DNA from: Mobula hypostoma
Taxonomy: Eukaryota
Reading direction: 5' to 3'
Length of the DNA: 64,000 nt
Assembly: GCF_963921235.1 (NCBI RefSeq)
Contig: NC_086108.1
Location: 66,838,001 to 66,902,000 of the forward strand
Below the pieces are notes generated by a model, which was not told the DNA's origin, ran no database searches, and saw nothing but the letters and a program-made list of their open reading frames with translations. Numbering within the stretch: the stretch's first letter is position 1; every line of letters starts with the position of its first letter. This document shows positions 48,381-60,584 of the stretch, in pieces. A program made the position numbers and the translations under genes.

Positions 48381-50574
48381 TAAGATAGGGTTAAACTGGG
48401 GGTAGCTGGGCAACGCAGCTCAAACCATCAGTCTCTGAATTCAGTGAGCAGGGGAAACAAACTCAAAGCTCCCCAAACAATCTCACTTTGAAATGATATA
48501 TATTCACATCTATAATACAGTATGCTTCTGTAAAATAGCAGACTAGTGTCAGTGGTACGAAGAAAGAAGGAAGTTACCAACACCCTTTCCAGGAGCAACA
48601 TCAGGAAAGACTAGAGGAGGGAACAGATGCAGCAGTGTTATTTACAACAGGAAAATGATCTGTAGTCTTGACAGACCTTAAAAGGAGGACCGTACTATTG
48701 CAAATGAAAATAAAAATCACATGATATTTTTAAAAGTTCTAAAAATATCAAAGAGAATGAATCTTCACACAGGTCACACATCAAAATAAAATGCTCCATT
48801 GTTTACTGTCTGACATCTCCATGCCCATCTTCGGAGGCTTTGTTTACAATCAGGCATTTTCCTTCTGCAGTCAGGAATGCCTGACAAGACTGGCAGGTGG
48901 GGGTGGGGTTCGGGAGGGTGCCTTTAAATGTATGCAGATCTTACTTTTCATTGCTGTGTATCAGTCCAGCAATCAAGAGGGTAGTGAACCCAAAACATTG
49001 TAAAGGACTTTTTCAAACTATGAAGGCATGGGTCAAATGAGGAGAGCTCAAGAGACCAGTGGAGCCCTGCTGTGTCTGAGTGGAGATGAGCATTCATCTG
49101 GTCACCTCATTGACACAATCACGTCATTGTATGCAATAGGGCCCTTTGCCTTTCAGAACTCATGGAAAGAACTTTAACCCCTCTGCATTTCAATTTTCAC
49201 TTTGCAATGTGATGCTGTCTTATTTGTTTGTTTTGAAAAGCCTTTTTTTAAAATCAGGAAACCACTGTTTAATCTTTTGGGACATTAATATTCCAAACCT
49301 CCTGAGATCATAAAGCTTGATGCACTGTAGTTTTGGGATTTCAGACTGAGCCATCACATGAATTATGTTACAAGGAAAACCCTGTGTGCTTCCTCAAATG
49401 GATTGGATTCAGGACTTCTATAGATTTGATGGATCTATGAAGCCTGTTTCTTGATTATCAAGTCTATCTCACACTGATAAATAGGGCTAATATTTGAAAG
49501 AATGAGGAAATTAGTTGCAGGTTTTAATCAAATGTTACCCCATACCCACTGCTGTACCGATGACCAGTTCAGTTTCTAATTTGCATCACTCGCCTTCGCT
49601 CACTGCAATCTCTTCAACTCTGGATAGATGTAATATAATTTCCTTTCAAGTGCCTCACCTACTCAAATAGCGCAATCCTTATCTCAATTATTTTTAATAA
49701 TTATTCATCCGTTTTATAAAAATAGAAATAAAAACCACATTTTTTAAACATTCTAAAATATTTCTCCTGCAATATTGACAGCAGTTTCCAAGAAATTAAT
49801 CCTTAGTTGCTGTAAATTCCAGGACAATCCTAAAGACTTGGCAATCCCAAGTATCAGTGTGTAGCAATTTGGCAGGTATTAACTGTGATCACAGGCCTGG
49901 CAAGAAAGATATTTTTTGTGTATTGACGCCATACATGGTACTCCTCTGCAGCACAAAATGGTGTTAAAATGTGTTTCTTCCAAGTTTTCTCCGTGAAGGC
50001 ATTGAGATAGGAATTTTCTAAATGCACATTTTGGTAACAACTGAGTGTTATACTCTGTTTTAGAAATCTAGCTCCACTGAAGTCAGGGTAATGGAATTTT
50101 GGGAGTACAGTACATCACCACAAGCCAAAGAGGACAAATCTCTACTTCATTAACTCTTCAGAGGCTCTGGTTCCTCATTTAAGTGGCTACTTTCACTAGG
50201 CAGCTTGGAAAGCAAGGACAGACAAGTTGATTGACAGCTGAAGTCGTGGAGACAGCAGCAGCAAGTGGGGGACGTGTTGCAGCTGAGTGTGGCTTATTTT
50301 ACTTTTGTCCTAGGCAGGGTTGCTGACATAAATTGATCTATCCTGCAATATTCTAGTAGAGATCAGGGGTCAAACATGGGATTTTCCTGGATTATATGAC
50401 ACTGTTGGAAGTAGATGGTGCATTTAGGACAGTAAAACTCTAATAATTCACTACTCAAAACTTTTCTGGTACCAAACTGACAGATTCTGTAGATTATTGG
50501 ATGTAAACACTCCATAACACCTGTAGTTTACTTTTTTTTAGACGTTACATAGTACAATAAATTTTAAGACCTTG

Positions 50575-51880
50575 AGCCCATAAGACATAGGAGCAGAATT
50601 TAGGCCATTTGGCCCATCAAGTCTGCTCAGCCATTCAATCATGGCTGATTTATGATGGCAGAACCTGGGCCTTGGCACTCAGATCTGCAGCTGGATCTTC
50701 AACTTCCTCACAGACAAGACCCAGGCTGTAAAAATAGGGGACAAGCTCTCCTCTACAATCACTCTGAGCACCGGTGCCCCACAAGGCTGTGTACTCAGCC
50801 CCCTGCTGTACTTACTGTACACCCATGATTGTGTTGCCAAGTTTCCATTGAACTCAATATATAAGTTTGCTGATGACACAACAATTGTAGGTTGTATCTC
50901 GGGTAATGATGAGTTTGAGTACAAAGAGGAAATTAAGAACCTGGTGGCATGCAAAGACAATAACCTATCCCTCAACGTCAGCAAGATGAAGGAATTGGTT
51001 GTTGACTTCAGAAGGAGTAGCAGACCGCACAACCCCGTTTACATCGGTGGTGCGCAAGTGGGAACAGGTCAAAAGCTTTAAGTTCCTCGGAGTCAATATC
51101 ACAAATGACCTGACTTGGTCCAACCAAGCAGAGTCCACTGCCAAGAAGGCCCACCAGCACCTTTACTTCCTGAGAAAGCTAAAGAAATTTGGCCTGTCCC
51201 CTAAAACCTTCACTAATTTTTATAGATGCACCATAGAAAGCATTCTTCTAGGGTGCATCACAACCTGGTACGGAAGTTGTCCTGTCCAAGATCGGAAGAA
51301 GCTGCAGAAGATCGTGAACACGGCCCAGCACTTCACACAAACCAACCTTCAGTCCTTGGACTCACCTTATACTGCACGCTGTCAGAGCAGTGCTGCCAGG
51401 ATAATCAAGGAAGCAACCCACCCAGCCAACACACTTTTTGTCCCTCTTCCCTCCAGGAGAAGGCTCAGGAGCATGAAGACTCATACGGCCAGATTTGGGA
51501 ACAGCTTCTTTCCAACTGTGATAAGACTGCTGAACGGATCCTGACCCGGATCTGGGCCGTACCCTCCAAATATCCAGACCTGCCTCCTGGTTTTTTTGCA
51601 CTACCTTACTTTCCCTTTACTATTTTCTATTTACGATTTATCATTTAAATTTTTAATATTTACTATCGATTTGTACTCCAGGGAGCACGAAGCGCAGAAT
51701 CAAATATCGCTGTGATGATTATACGCTCTAGTATCAATTGTTTGGCGACAATAAAGTATAAAGTATTATCCTTCTCAACCCCATTCTCCTGCCTTCTTTC
51801 AGTAATCTTTGATGCCCTTACTAATCAAGAACCTATCAACTTCCATTTTGGATATACCTTGTGACTTGGCCTATCCAGTG
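50575..51880 (-). mobile_element. CR1 3' end interrupted by a Rex1-type LINE
   Basis: cataagacataggagcagaa..atggctgatttat|tatccttctcaaccccattctcctgcc. Confidence 0.7.
50654..51765 (+). mobile_element. Rex1/Babar-type LINE, 5'-truncated
   Basis: [50 protein letters not shown] and NSFFPTVIRLLN; (aaagtat) tail. Confidence 0.9.
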
Positions 51881-53799
51881 AACTTGTTGAGTTGAAAGTG
51901 AGCACAGGAATAGGGGTCTCGGTGAGTATATAAATAGCTTCAGTACTAGGGTCTCCAAAAGATCAAAGGAAGTAGAGGAGCTGGAGTCCTGGTGAGTTCA
52001 AAGGGATCAGGGGAACTACACACCCCCCACACCCCCCAATGAATTGAAGGGGAGCATGATAACCATCACTTGGTCAGTCAGGTACCAATCCATCAGAATC
52101 TCCAAGTAGTCAGATAAGCGGATTATTAGTGTTTTACTAAATTGTTTTGGATGGACCACTACAAATGGCATGAATGCTAATCTGTTATCCTTCGTATTCT
52201 ATGGACAGCAGGGGACAGACATAATTTAACGTGCAAGCTAGGAGGCCTGATCAGTTTAGCAGATCAGTTAAATCCAAATACTATTAAACAGGCGAATAAT
52301 CATACACTTTGAGAACATGAGAAAGCTCCATGTCAAACATCAGAAGAATAACCTTCATTTTTGTATCATTATTTCTGAAATCATGCATGTAACACTCTTC
52401 AGAAAGAATTCAAATAACCTAACAGAGTTATTTAAATGGAAGCATATAATAAATATACCTAATTGCACTGCAATGTGCTGTGTTTGAAACAAAATCTTCA
52501 AAATCCATGCTCTGTATTCATAATTACTGAAACTCATTATTTTTAATTCAGTAATTGTCATTCATTGGAAGAGATTTAGAAACCCATGAATAAAAGTGAT
52601 TTGTGTCTGAGATTTGAACCGACAGCATTCTGCAATTCAGTAAAAATAGGATCACCTTCCCTGTATAATGCAGCCTTAGTCTTTTCAAATTACTGTTATT
52701 TTGTTTGTAAGGGAATACCTTTAACACAAGCAAATTTCACAATACTGCATCACTGCTTACAGCTACAAAGTTTTCATTTTCACGGGACAATCAATGTGAC
52801 CGGAATGGAAGACCTCTGTGGCACTGAGTGCCCGTTTACCTACTCCATGCATCTTTATGTCCAGTTGCAAATAATTGTCTTAGAATCTGGACCCACTTAC
52901 CGTCAGAAATCTACCGGGGTTTTTGACCGCGTCACTGCTTTACATTGTGAAGCTGCCAAGCATAAAAGTAACACAAAAGATGAAAAGCAGCATTTCTTGT
53001 TTGCAGCATTTGTATTTATGAGGGAAGGCCTCATTAATCAGTGTCAGCCCTGCCTTCCACTCTTGTTTATGTAGGTGGAATTCTTTAAAGGCCGCATACA
53101 CGGAAAGAATAAAACTGCAATGCTCAGTGTGGGCAGAAACGGCCTAAGAAGGCCTGCAAGTGTAAAACTAAACCTTACTGCCACCCAGCATCTTGCAATC
53201 ACTCAGTGCCTTATATCTAACAGAATACTCTGGAAATAATATCAGCTTTGTCCAAACCCTTATTTTAAAGACAGGTGACAGAAATAAAGTGCTCACAAAT
53301 TGGATGTTAAGAACTTTCAAGCGTATAAGAAATAGAAGTTAGTCAGCTGTTGGATTCCTTCATCTTTTAATAAGTTTATGGTTGATCTTTTACTTAGCTC
53401 CATCTCCTTTGATTCCCTAAGTTGACATAAAACTATCTGTCTCAATGAGGGAATACATTTCCCTGTGTTCTCCTGTGCACTTCAATGCAAAGTAAAGCAC
53501 AGTGGACAAAATGGCCACTTAATGTGAGTTGTGCCGTCTGCAGTTTCGCTTCTGGCCTCCATACATCTGATGAGATAACACACATCATTTGCAAGCTACA
53601 TCGTGCATGCCTAAATGGCGTTCCCTTTATATGCTCATCCCTGGGCCACTCATGTGGAGCTTAGGAGGCCTTACTCAGCCTGCTTTCAATGGGCCTACTT
53701 GATCTGCTGGTCCCCTAAGCTCCACATCAGGAACACTGCCAGCTAGAGACTTTCATCCAACCACCACCCAACCAACAAAAGAACACACACACAAAAAAG

Positions 53800-54190
53800 T
53801 TAGCAAGAATAGACCATCTGGACCCTCTAGCCTGTCCCACCATTTAATATGATCATGGCTGATCAAAGTTGTCCTCAACTAGTCTTCGTAACTAGTTTTC
53901 CATAAACCTCACTTCTTTAATCTTTCAAATATTTATCTGTCTCCATCTTAAATAGATCCGATGATCCAACTTTCACTACCTTCAAGGACAGATAATTCTA
54001 GAGACTCAGAATACTCTGAAAGAAGATGTTTCTACATATCTTGGTTGTAAATGACTAGCCCCTTTATTTTCTAGCTATATCCCCTCACTCATAACTCTCT
54101 CACTTGTAAAAATCCCTCAACACCTACCCTGTCAGGCATCCTTAGAATTTTATTTGTTGGAAAATGGTCACCTCTCATGCTACTGAGCTC
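53800..54190 (-). mobile_element. Old CR1 3' fragment
   Basis: ccacctttaatatgatcatggctgatc-like end and ctaccctgtca..ggtcacctctcat. Confidence 0.55.
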
Positions 54191-54595
54191 TGAGGAGTTG
54201 TGCTTCTCAAGTTTTTGAGCGATTTATTAATCAAGTCCTTAACTGGAGTTGTTAAGCCCTAAAGTTTTCAGTTTAATTTTGTCAAGTTAATTGTAGCTGG
54301 CACCTGTTGCCTGGATTCTAAGACTATTTAAAGAGGTCTCCTATTCAGTGCTGGGAGGGTGTCATTGTGCCAGAGAGAATGAAGTATCTTGTGGTGTTGC
54401 TCAGTTGCTCCTCCAAGGCTTTGTTGGTATTCTAATGTCTATCCTCTTGTTTCTGTCTGTTCCTGGGGATCCTGCCATTCCTCCGCACCCGGGTCCAGTC
54501 CTTCGTGAGTGCACCATGATCCTCTCTTGCAAGGCAACACCTCATCCCCAAAATTAGACTGACAAATCTCTTTTGGGTCATCTGCAGTGCTACTA

Positions 54596-55036
54596 CAGTA
54601 CCGTGCAAAAGGCTTGGGGACATTATATATATATATATAGCTAAATGCCTAAGACATATGCACAGTACTGTTGTAATTTTATGTATTGCACTGTACCGCT
54701 GCTACAAAGAAGTTATGACATAAGTGAGTGATGATACGCTTGATTCTGATATGGGTCCCTATTGTAGACTGAGAGTGGGAAGGGGACAGGGAGAGGGGAA
54801 TCATGGTTGGGGAAAAAGGGAAGAGAGAGGGGAGGGAACAGGAAGCACCAGAGAGATGTCCTGTAATGACCAATAAACTAATAGTTTGGAATCAAATGAC
54901 CTTGCCTGGTGTCTGAGGGCTGGATATGTCTACATTCCTTCTCTGCTATCCGTCCTTTGGGGTTCCACCTTTGATATATATTTGAGATATATATATAGAT
55001 ATTTATCTATGTGCCTAAGACTTTTGCACAGTACAG
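54596..55036. mobile_element. Tc1/mariner-like composite MITE with three TIR copies
   Basis: TA-cagtaccgtgcaaaaggcttggggac at 54596. Inverted copies tgcctaagacatatgcacagtactg (54646-54670) and gtgcctaagacttttgcacagtacag-TA (55011-55036). Confidence 0.7.
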
Positions 55037-55749
55037 TATATCCTTTTCTTTGGTAAAGAGACCATAGCTATATGACCTATATGTCCAGGTGTAATAAACC
55101 CTCCCTCATTTTAAACCTCCATAACAATAAAGGCCAACCTGCCTTTTTAACTACTTGTTGGACTTGCCTTTTCAACATTTTGTGGTTCGAGCACTGAACA
55201 GCTAATCCACATTTTGATTTATTTCATAGAAGTACATAATGTCACAACTGTATCTGCAATGCTTTTATCCAGTGATCCAACCTATCTATACACCTTCACA
55301 GAACCACAAGTCATAGCTGTCTGATGCTCCTTTAAATGAGCAACTCCTTCTAGGGAGGCTGTTGAATAGACATAGCTATCTATCACTAAAGGTACTTAAT
55401 TTTAATGGAGTTTTGAACCACAGAGCAGGAGTAACTCATAATTTCAACAAGGCACATTATCAAGACAAAAAAATGCAATAGTGATCTGCTTTGACTCCTC
55501 TGGATTGCTCTACATTCCACTAAGATCATGACTGACTATGGTTCATTCCTAATCTCCAGGACTCCCTTAATATTTAAAAATCTGTTAATCCATGAAGTGT
55601 AAGTGCAGCTGTTGGGATATAGCATATCAAATGATTTGACCATTGATGCAAGTTCAGAGTTATTGCTTTCAATAAACAACATCCTATTGATAATTCTACC
55701 TCTGTTATTTGTGATTACAAGTGGCAACACGGAAATCTGGATTTTGCTC

Positions 55750-56366
55750 CAAATCTAGCTGGAAGTTTGTAGATGATGCCACAGTAGTGTTCCCAATCTA
55801 AAATAACCATGAGTTGGAGTGCAGGAAGGAGATAGAGAGCCTAATGTAGTGGTGTCATGGGATCTTTCTCTCAATGTCAGCAAAACAAAAGAGGGTGGTC
55901 ATTGACTTCAGAAAGCTGAGTGGTATGCATGGTCTTGTATAAAGACAAGAAGATTGAGAACTTCTGAGTTCGTAGGAGTGACCTGCTCCAACCACAATGA
56001 TGTTGTGGCCAAGACAACTCACCAGCACCTCTTCATTCTCAGGAGACTTAAAGATATTTGATATATTTCCTCTGACCATCACAATTAAAAAAAAAGAAAC
56101 AAAATCAATGCACCCACAGCCCCCAGTGACCCAACAATATCAGTCTTTGAGGCCGATGTGACAGCATCCCTCAGGAGGGTAAACCCACGGAAAGCATCCA
56201 GCCCAGACAGGGTACCTGGCCAAGTACAAAAGACCTGTGCTGATCAACTGGCTGGAGTATTCGCCAATACCTTTAATATCTCACTTCAGAAGTCTGAGAT
56301 ACCCAAATGGATGAAGCAGGCTTGAGAAGGACATGGTAACTTCAAGGACTATCATCCAGTAGCACC
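55750..56366 (+). mobile_element. Two Rex1-type LINE RT fragments
   Basis: aagtttgtagatgatgccac (KF.DD) and acaaaagagggtggtcattgacttcag, then aaacccacggaaagcatccagcccagac..gactatcatccagtagcac (DY.PVA). Confidence 0.7.
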
Positions 56367-56368
56367 TA

Positions 56369-56831
56369 CTGTGCCTATAAAAAGTATTCATCTGCCTTGG
56401 AAGTTTACGTGTGTTTTATTGTTTCACAACATTGAATCACAGAGGATTTAATTTGATCTTTTTTGACACTGATCGACAGAAAAGACTCTTTCATGTCAAA
56501 GTGAAAACAAACGTCTATAATTTGGTCTAAATTTATCACAATTATTAAACACTAAATAATTGATTGCATAAATTACTCAGCCCCTTCAAGTCAGTATTTA
56601 GTAGATGCACCTTTGGCAGCAATTATAGCCTTGAGTCTGTGTGGATGGGTCTCTATCAGCTTTGCATATCTGGACGCTGCAATTTTTTCCCATTCATTAA
56701 AAAGAAACTGCTCAAGCTCTGTCAGATTGCATGGGGATTGTGAGTAAACAGCTGTTTTCAAGAACACTGACTTGGCCTCTCCAGGAGATTAACTTTGTTG
56801 TTTTTAAGCCATTCCGGTGCAGCTTTGGTTT
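56369..56831 (-). mobile_element. Tc1-like transposon end (truncated)
   Basis: TA followed by ctgtgcctataaaaagtattca, an inner repeat attactcagccccttcaagtcagtatttagtagatgcacctttggcagcaatta, and antisense transposase C-terminal sequence. Confidence 0.7.
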
Positions 56832-56832
56832 T

Positions 56833-57160
56833 ATACATAAAAAGTGCTGGTGAATGCAGCAGGCCAGGCAGCACCTATAGGAAGAGGTACAGTCGATGTT
56901 TCAGGCCGAGACCCTTTATCAGGACTAACTGAAAGAAGAGATAGTAAGAGATTTGAAAGTGGGAGAAGGAGGGGGAGGGGGAGATCCAAAATGATAAGAG
57001 AGGACAGGAGTGGGAGGGATGGAGCTACGAGCTGGAAAGTTGATTGGCAAAAGGGATATGAGAGGATCATGGGACAGGAGGCCTAGGGAGAAAGAAAGGG
57101 GGAGGGGGGAATCCCAGAGGATGGGTAAGGAGTATAGTGAGAGGGACAGAGGGAGGAAAA

Positions 57161-57202
<42 letters not shown>

Positions 57203-57452
57203 GAAATAAATAAATAAATAAATAAATAATGGATGGGGTACGAAGGGGAGGTGGGGCATTAACGGAAGTTAGAGAAGTCAATGTTCATGCCATCAGGTTG
57301 GAGGCTACCCAGATGGAATATAAGGTGTTGTTCCTCCAAACTGAGTGTGGCTTCATCTTGACAGTAGAGGAGGCCGTGGATAGACATATCAGAATGGGAA
57401 CGGGACGTGGAATTAAAATGTGTGGCCACTGGGAGATCCTGCTTTCTCTCAC
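56833..57452 (-). mobile_element. Penelope-like element 3' part with (GA)n/(TAAA)n microsatellite
   Basis: DLPVATHFNS..EEQHLIFHLGSLQPDGMNIDFSNFR; hammerhead motif at 56890-56927 with mutated core CTGATAA. Confidence 0.85.
57163..57230. repeat. Compound microsatellite (GA)n(TAAA)n
   Basis: Visible directly in the sequence. Confidence 0.9.
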
Positions 57453-57464
57453 AAATTGTCACAA

Positions 57465-58269
57465 TACAGTGGACCTTAGGACCCAGCAGAACCCCGGACC
57501 TTATTTAACCTGACTCAATGCGGTGGACAGTAGGACCCGGCGGCGGGGTTCTGAATCTGCAGTGTTTCTGTTCACAAAAATAATCACGATTGAAAATAAA
57601 GTGGAAATAATAAAGCAATCGGAAAGAGGTGAAACGCCATCAGTCATTGGAAAAACGTTAGGCTACAGTCGGTCAACGATCGGAACAACTTTAACGGATA
57701 AAGTGAGGAAAGCCCTGCCCCGATGAAAGCTACAATTATTACTAAGCAATGCAGTGGTTTAGTTATTGGGTTTTGGGTTTTGGGGTTTGGGGTTTTTGAT
57801 CCTTCACATCAACCCGGCATGGATGGAGAGCACACTTGGGAGCAGTCTGTCACTGGATCGAACTCAGGAACTTCTGTTCCCAAGCCCAGCGCTGAAACAT
57901 ACGTTTCTTAAGTGTTTTATATGCATGGAAAGGCAAAATATATGCTATATACTAAGACAAACGTTTGACTAATTGATGCTAAATAATACCAGTTGCACCT
58001 GTTCTGACTTACTTAGTTAGCGAACCTCCGTTTTTTTTTATCCTGATCCACGATAACCTACACTCATCCGCCCGTCATCTCTATATTACTTATAATACCT
58101 AATACAATGTAAATGCTGTGTAAAATAGTTGTTATGCTGCATTGTTTAGGGAATAATGACAAGAAAAAAAAGTCTGTGCATGCTCGAACAACAAATGCTG
58201 GAAGAGCACTTCTGGGTTTTCTTGGTTGAATTCGTGCATGGGGAACTCGCGAATAAGGAGGGCCGACTG
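57465..58269 (+). mobile_element. Tigger/pogo-derived element fragment with CENP-B-type HTH remnant
   Basis: ITIENKVEIIKQSERGETPSVIGKTLGYSRSTIGTTLTDK resembles the pogo N-terminal HTH. The right end ggagggccgactg is a Tigger-like TIR. Confidence 0.7.
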
Positions 58270-58271
58270 CA

Positions 58272-58842
58272 TATTGATTGGTTGCATCACAGTCTTGTCT
58301 GGAAACATCGATACACTCGAATGGAAAAACCTACAAAAAAGTAGTTGATGCAACCCATTCCATCACGGGTAAAATCCCTCCCATCATTGAGCACATCTAC
58401 ACGGAGTGCTGTCACAGGAAAGCAATGTCCATAATCAAGGACCCCCACCATTCAGGTTATGCTCTCTTCTTGCTGCTGCCTTCGGGAAGAAGGTTCAGGA
58501 GCCTCAGGACCCATGCCCCCAGGATCACCAACAGTTATTACCCCACAGTCGTCAGACTGTTGGAACCAGAGGAGATAACTCCACTCACCCCAATACTGGT
58601 CTGTCCCACAAACTGTAGACTCATGTTCAAGGACTCTAACCCCATTTTCTCAATATTTATTGCTTACTTAAGTATTATTATTTTGTTTTATTCTCTCTTG
58701 TTTTGCATTTGCACAGTTTGTTGTCTCTTGAACCTTGGTTGTTGTCCATCCTATTGGGGTGTTTTTTCATTGATTCTATTGTGTTTCTTGTATTTACTGT
58801 GAATGCCTGCAAGATAATGAATATTAGGATTGTGTATATTAT
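58272..58842 (+). mobile_element. Rex1-type LINE 3' end
   Basis: CHRKAMSIIKDPHHSGYALFLLLPSGRRFRSLRT..NSYYPTVVRLL. Confidence 0.8.
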
Positions 58843-58865
58843 ACACACACACACACACACACACA
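58843..58865. repeat. (AC)n microsatellite
   Basis: Visible directly in the sequence. Confidence 0.9.
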
Positions 58866-58879
58866 TCCAGATGTGCTTT

Positions 58880-60578
58880 GGAAGCTGAAAGGTCTTAAGG
58901 TAGGTAAGTGACCTGGACCAGTTGGACTATAGTCTAGGGTTTTGAAAGTGGTTGTTGAAAAGATTGTGGAGGCATTAATAACAATCTTCAGGAATCACTA
59001 GACTCTGGAATGGTTCTGGAGGACAAAAAAAAAGCAAATATCACTCCACTCTTTAAGAATGGAGGGAAGCAGAAGAAATGAAATGACAAGCCAGTAGTCT
59101 GATTTTGGTGATTGAGAGGATGTTGGAGTCCATTATTACGAATGAGGTATTCAGGTATACGTAGGTAATTAGGTACTGTATATGTCGGCTTGATAAAATA
59201 GGCCAATGCCAACGTGGCTTCATTAAGGGAAAATTTTGCCTGTCAAATCTATTGCAATTCTATGAGGAAATACCAGGTAGGATAGACAAAGGACAGTTGG
59301 TTGATGTTGCTTACTTGGATTTTCAGAAAGCTTTTGACAAGCTGCTGCACATGAGGCTACTTAATAAGAGCACATGGAATTACAGGAAAGATACTAGCAT
59401 AGATAGAAGGTTGGCTGACTGGCATGAGTCAATGAGTTCAAATAAAGGGGGCCTTTTCTAGTTAGCTGCTAATGACTATATGTTTTCTGCAGGGTTCGGT
59501 GTTGGGACCGCTTCTTTTCATGTTAAATGTCAATGATTTAGATGATGGAAATTATGGCTTTGTGCCCAAATTTGTGGTTGAAATGAAGATATCTGGAGGG
59601 GCAGATGGTATTGAGGAAACAGGGAGTCTGTAAAGGGACTGAGAAACAATGGCAGAATTGGCACAGAAGTGGCAGATGGATTATCGTGTAGGGAAGTGTA
59701 TGGTCAGGCACTTTGGTAGAAGGAGTAAAGGCATAGACTATTTTCTAAACTGGGAAAAAATTCAAAAATCTGAGGTGCAAAGGGACTGTGGAGTCCTTAT
59801 ACAGGATTCCCTAAAGTTTACCTTGCAGGTTGAGTCAGTGGTAAGGAAGCCAGGTGCAATGTTAGCATTCATTTCAAGAGGACTAGAATATAAGAGCAAG
59901 GTGTAACGCTGAGGCTTTATAAGGTATTGGTCAAACCACATCCACAGTACTCTAAGCAGTTTTTGGCCCCTTATCTAAGAAAAAATGTGCTGGCATTGGA
60001 GAGGGTCCAGAGGAGGCTGATGAAAATTATTCCGGTAATGAAAAGGTTCATATATTCCAAAGATTCTCTCTTCTCCGCCTCTCCCATTTGGCAGAAGATG
60101 CAAAAGGCTGAAAGCACATATCATCAGGTTCACGGAGAACTTACCTGGCACTGTTATATTTGAAAGCTTTGGGCTAGAAGTATGAAGGAGGAATCTCATT
60201 GAAACCTATTGAATGTTGAAAGGCCTAGATAGAGTGGGTGTGGAGAGGTTGTTTCCTATAGTGGCTAAGTCTAGGACCAGAAGGTACAGCCACAGAATAG
60301 AGGGACACCCATTTTGAATAGAGTTGAGGAGGAATTTATTTAGCCAGAGGGTGGTGAATCTGTGGAATTCATTGCCACAGACAGATGTGGAGACCAAGTC
60401 ATTGAATATATTTAAATTGATGGTTGATAGGTTCTTGAATAGTCAGGGTGTTAAAGGTTATGGAGAGAAGGCAGGAGTATGGGGTTGAGAGGCATAATCA
60501 ACCAGGAAGATCAGCATGGCGGAATGGCAGGGCAGACCTGATGGCCTAAATTCTGCTCCAATGCCTTATGGTCTTCTG
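58880..60578 (+). mobile_element. CR1 LINE, decayed RT and 3' UTR
   Basis: VDVAYLDFQKAFDK, KWQMDYRVGKC and LERVQRR; CR1 3' UTR with a cttatggtctt tail. Confidence 0.85.
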
Positions 60579-60584
60579 ACCACA

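Noticed and set aside
52586..53074. 162-aa ORF as a novel gene
   Set aside because: No recognisable domain, composition looks like translated non-coding DNA, and it is antisense to the host gene.
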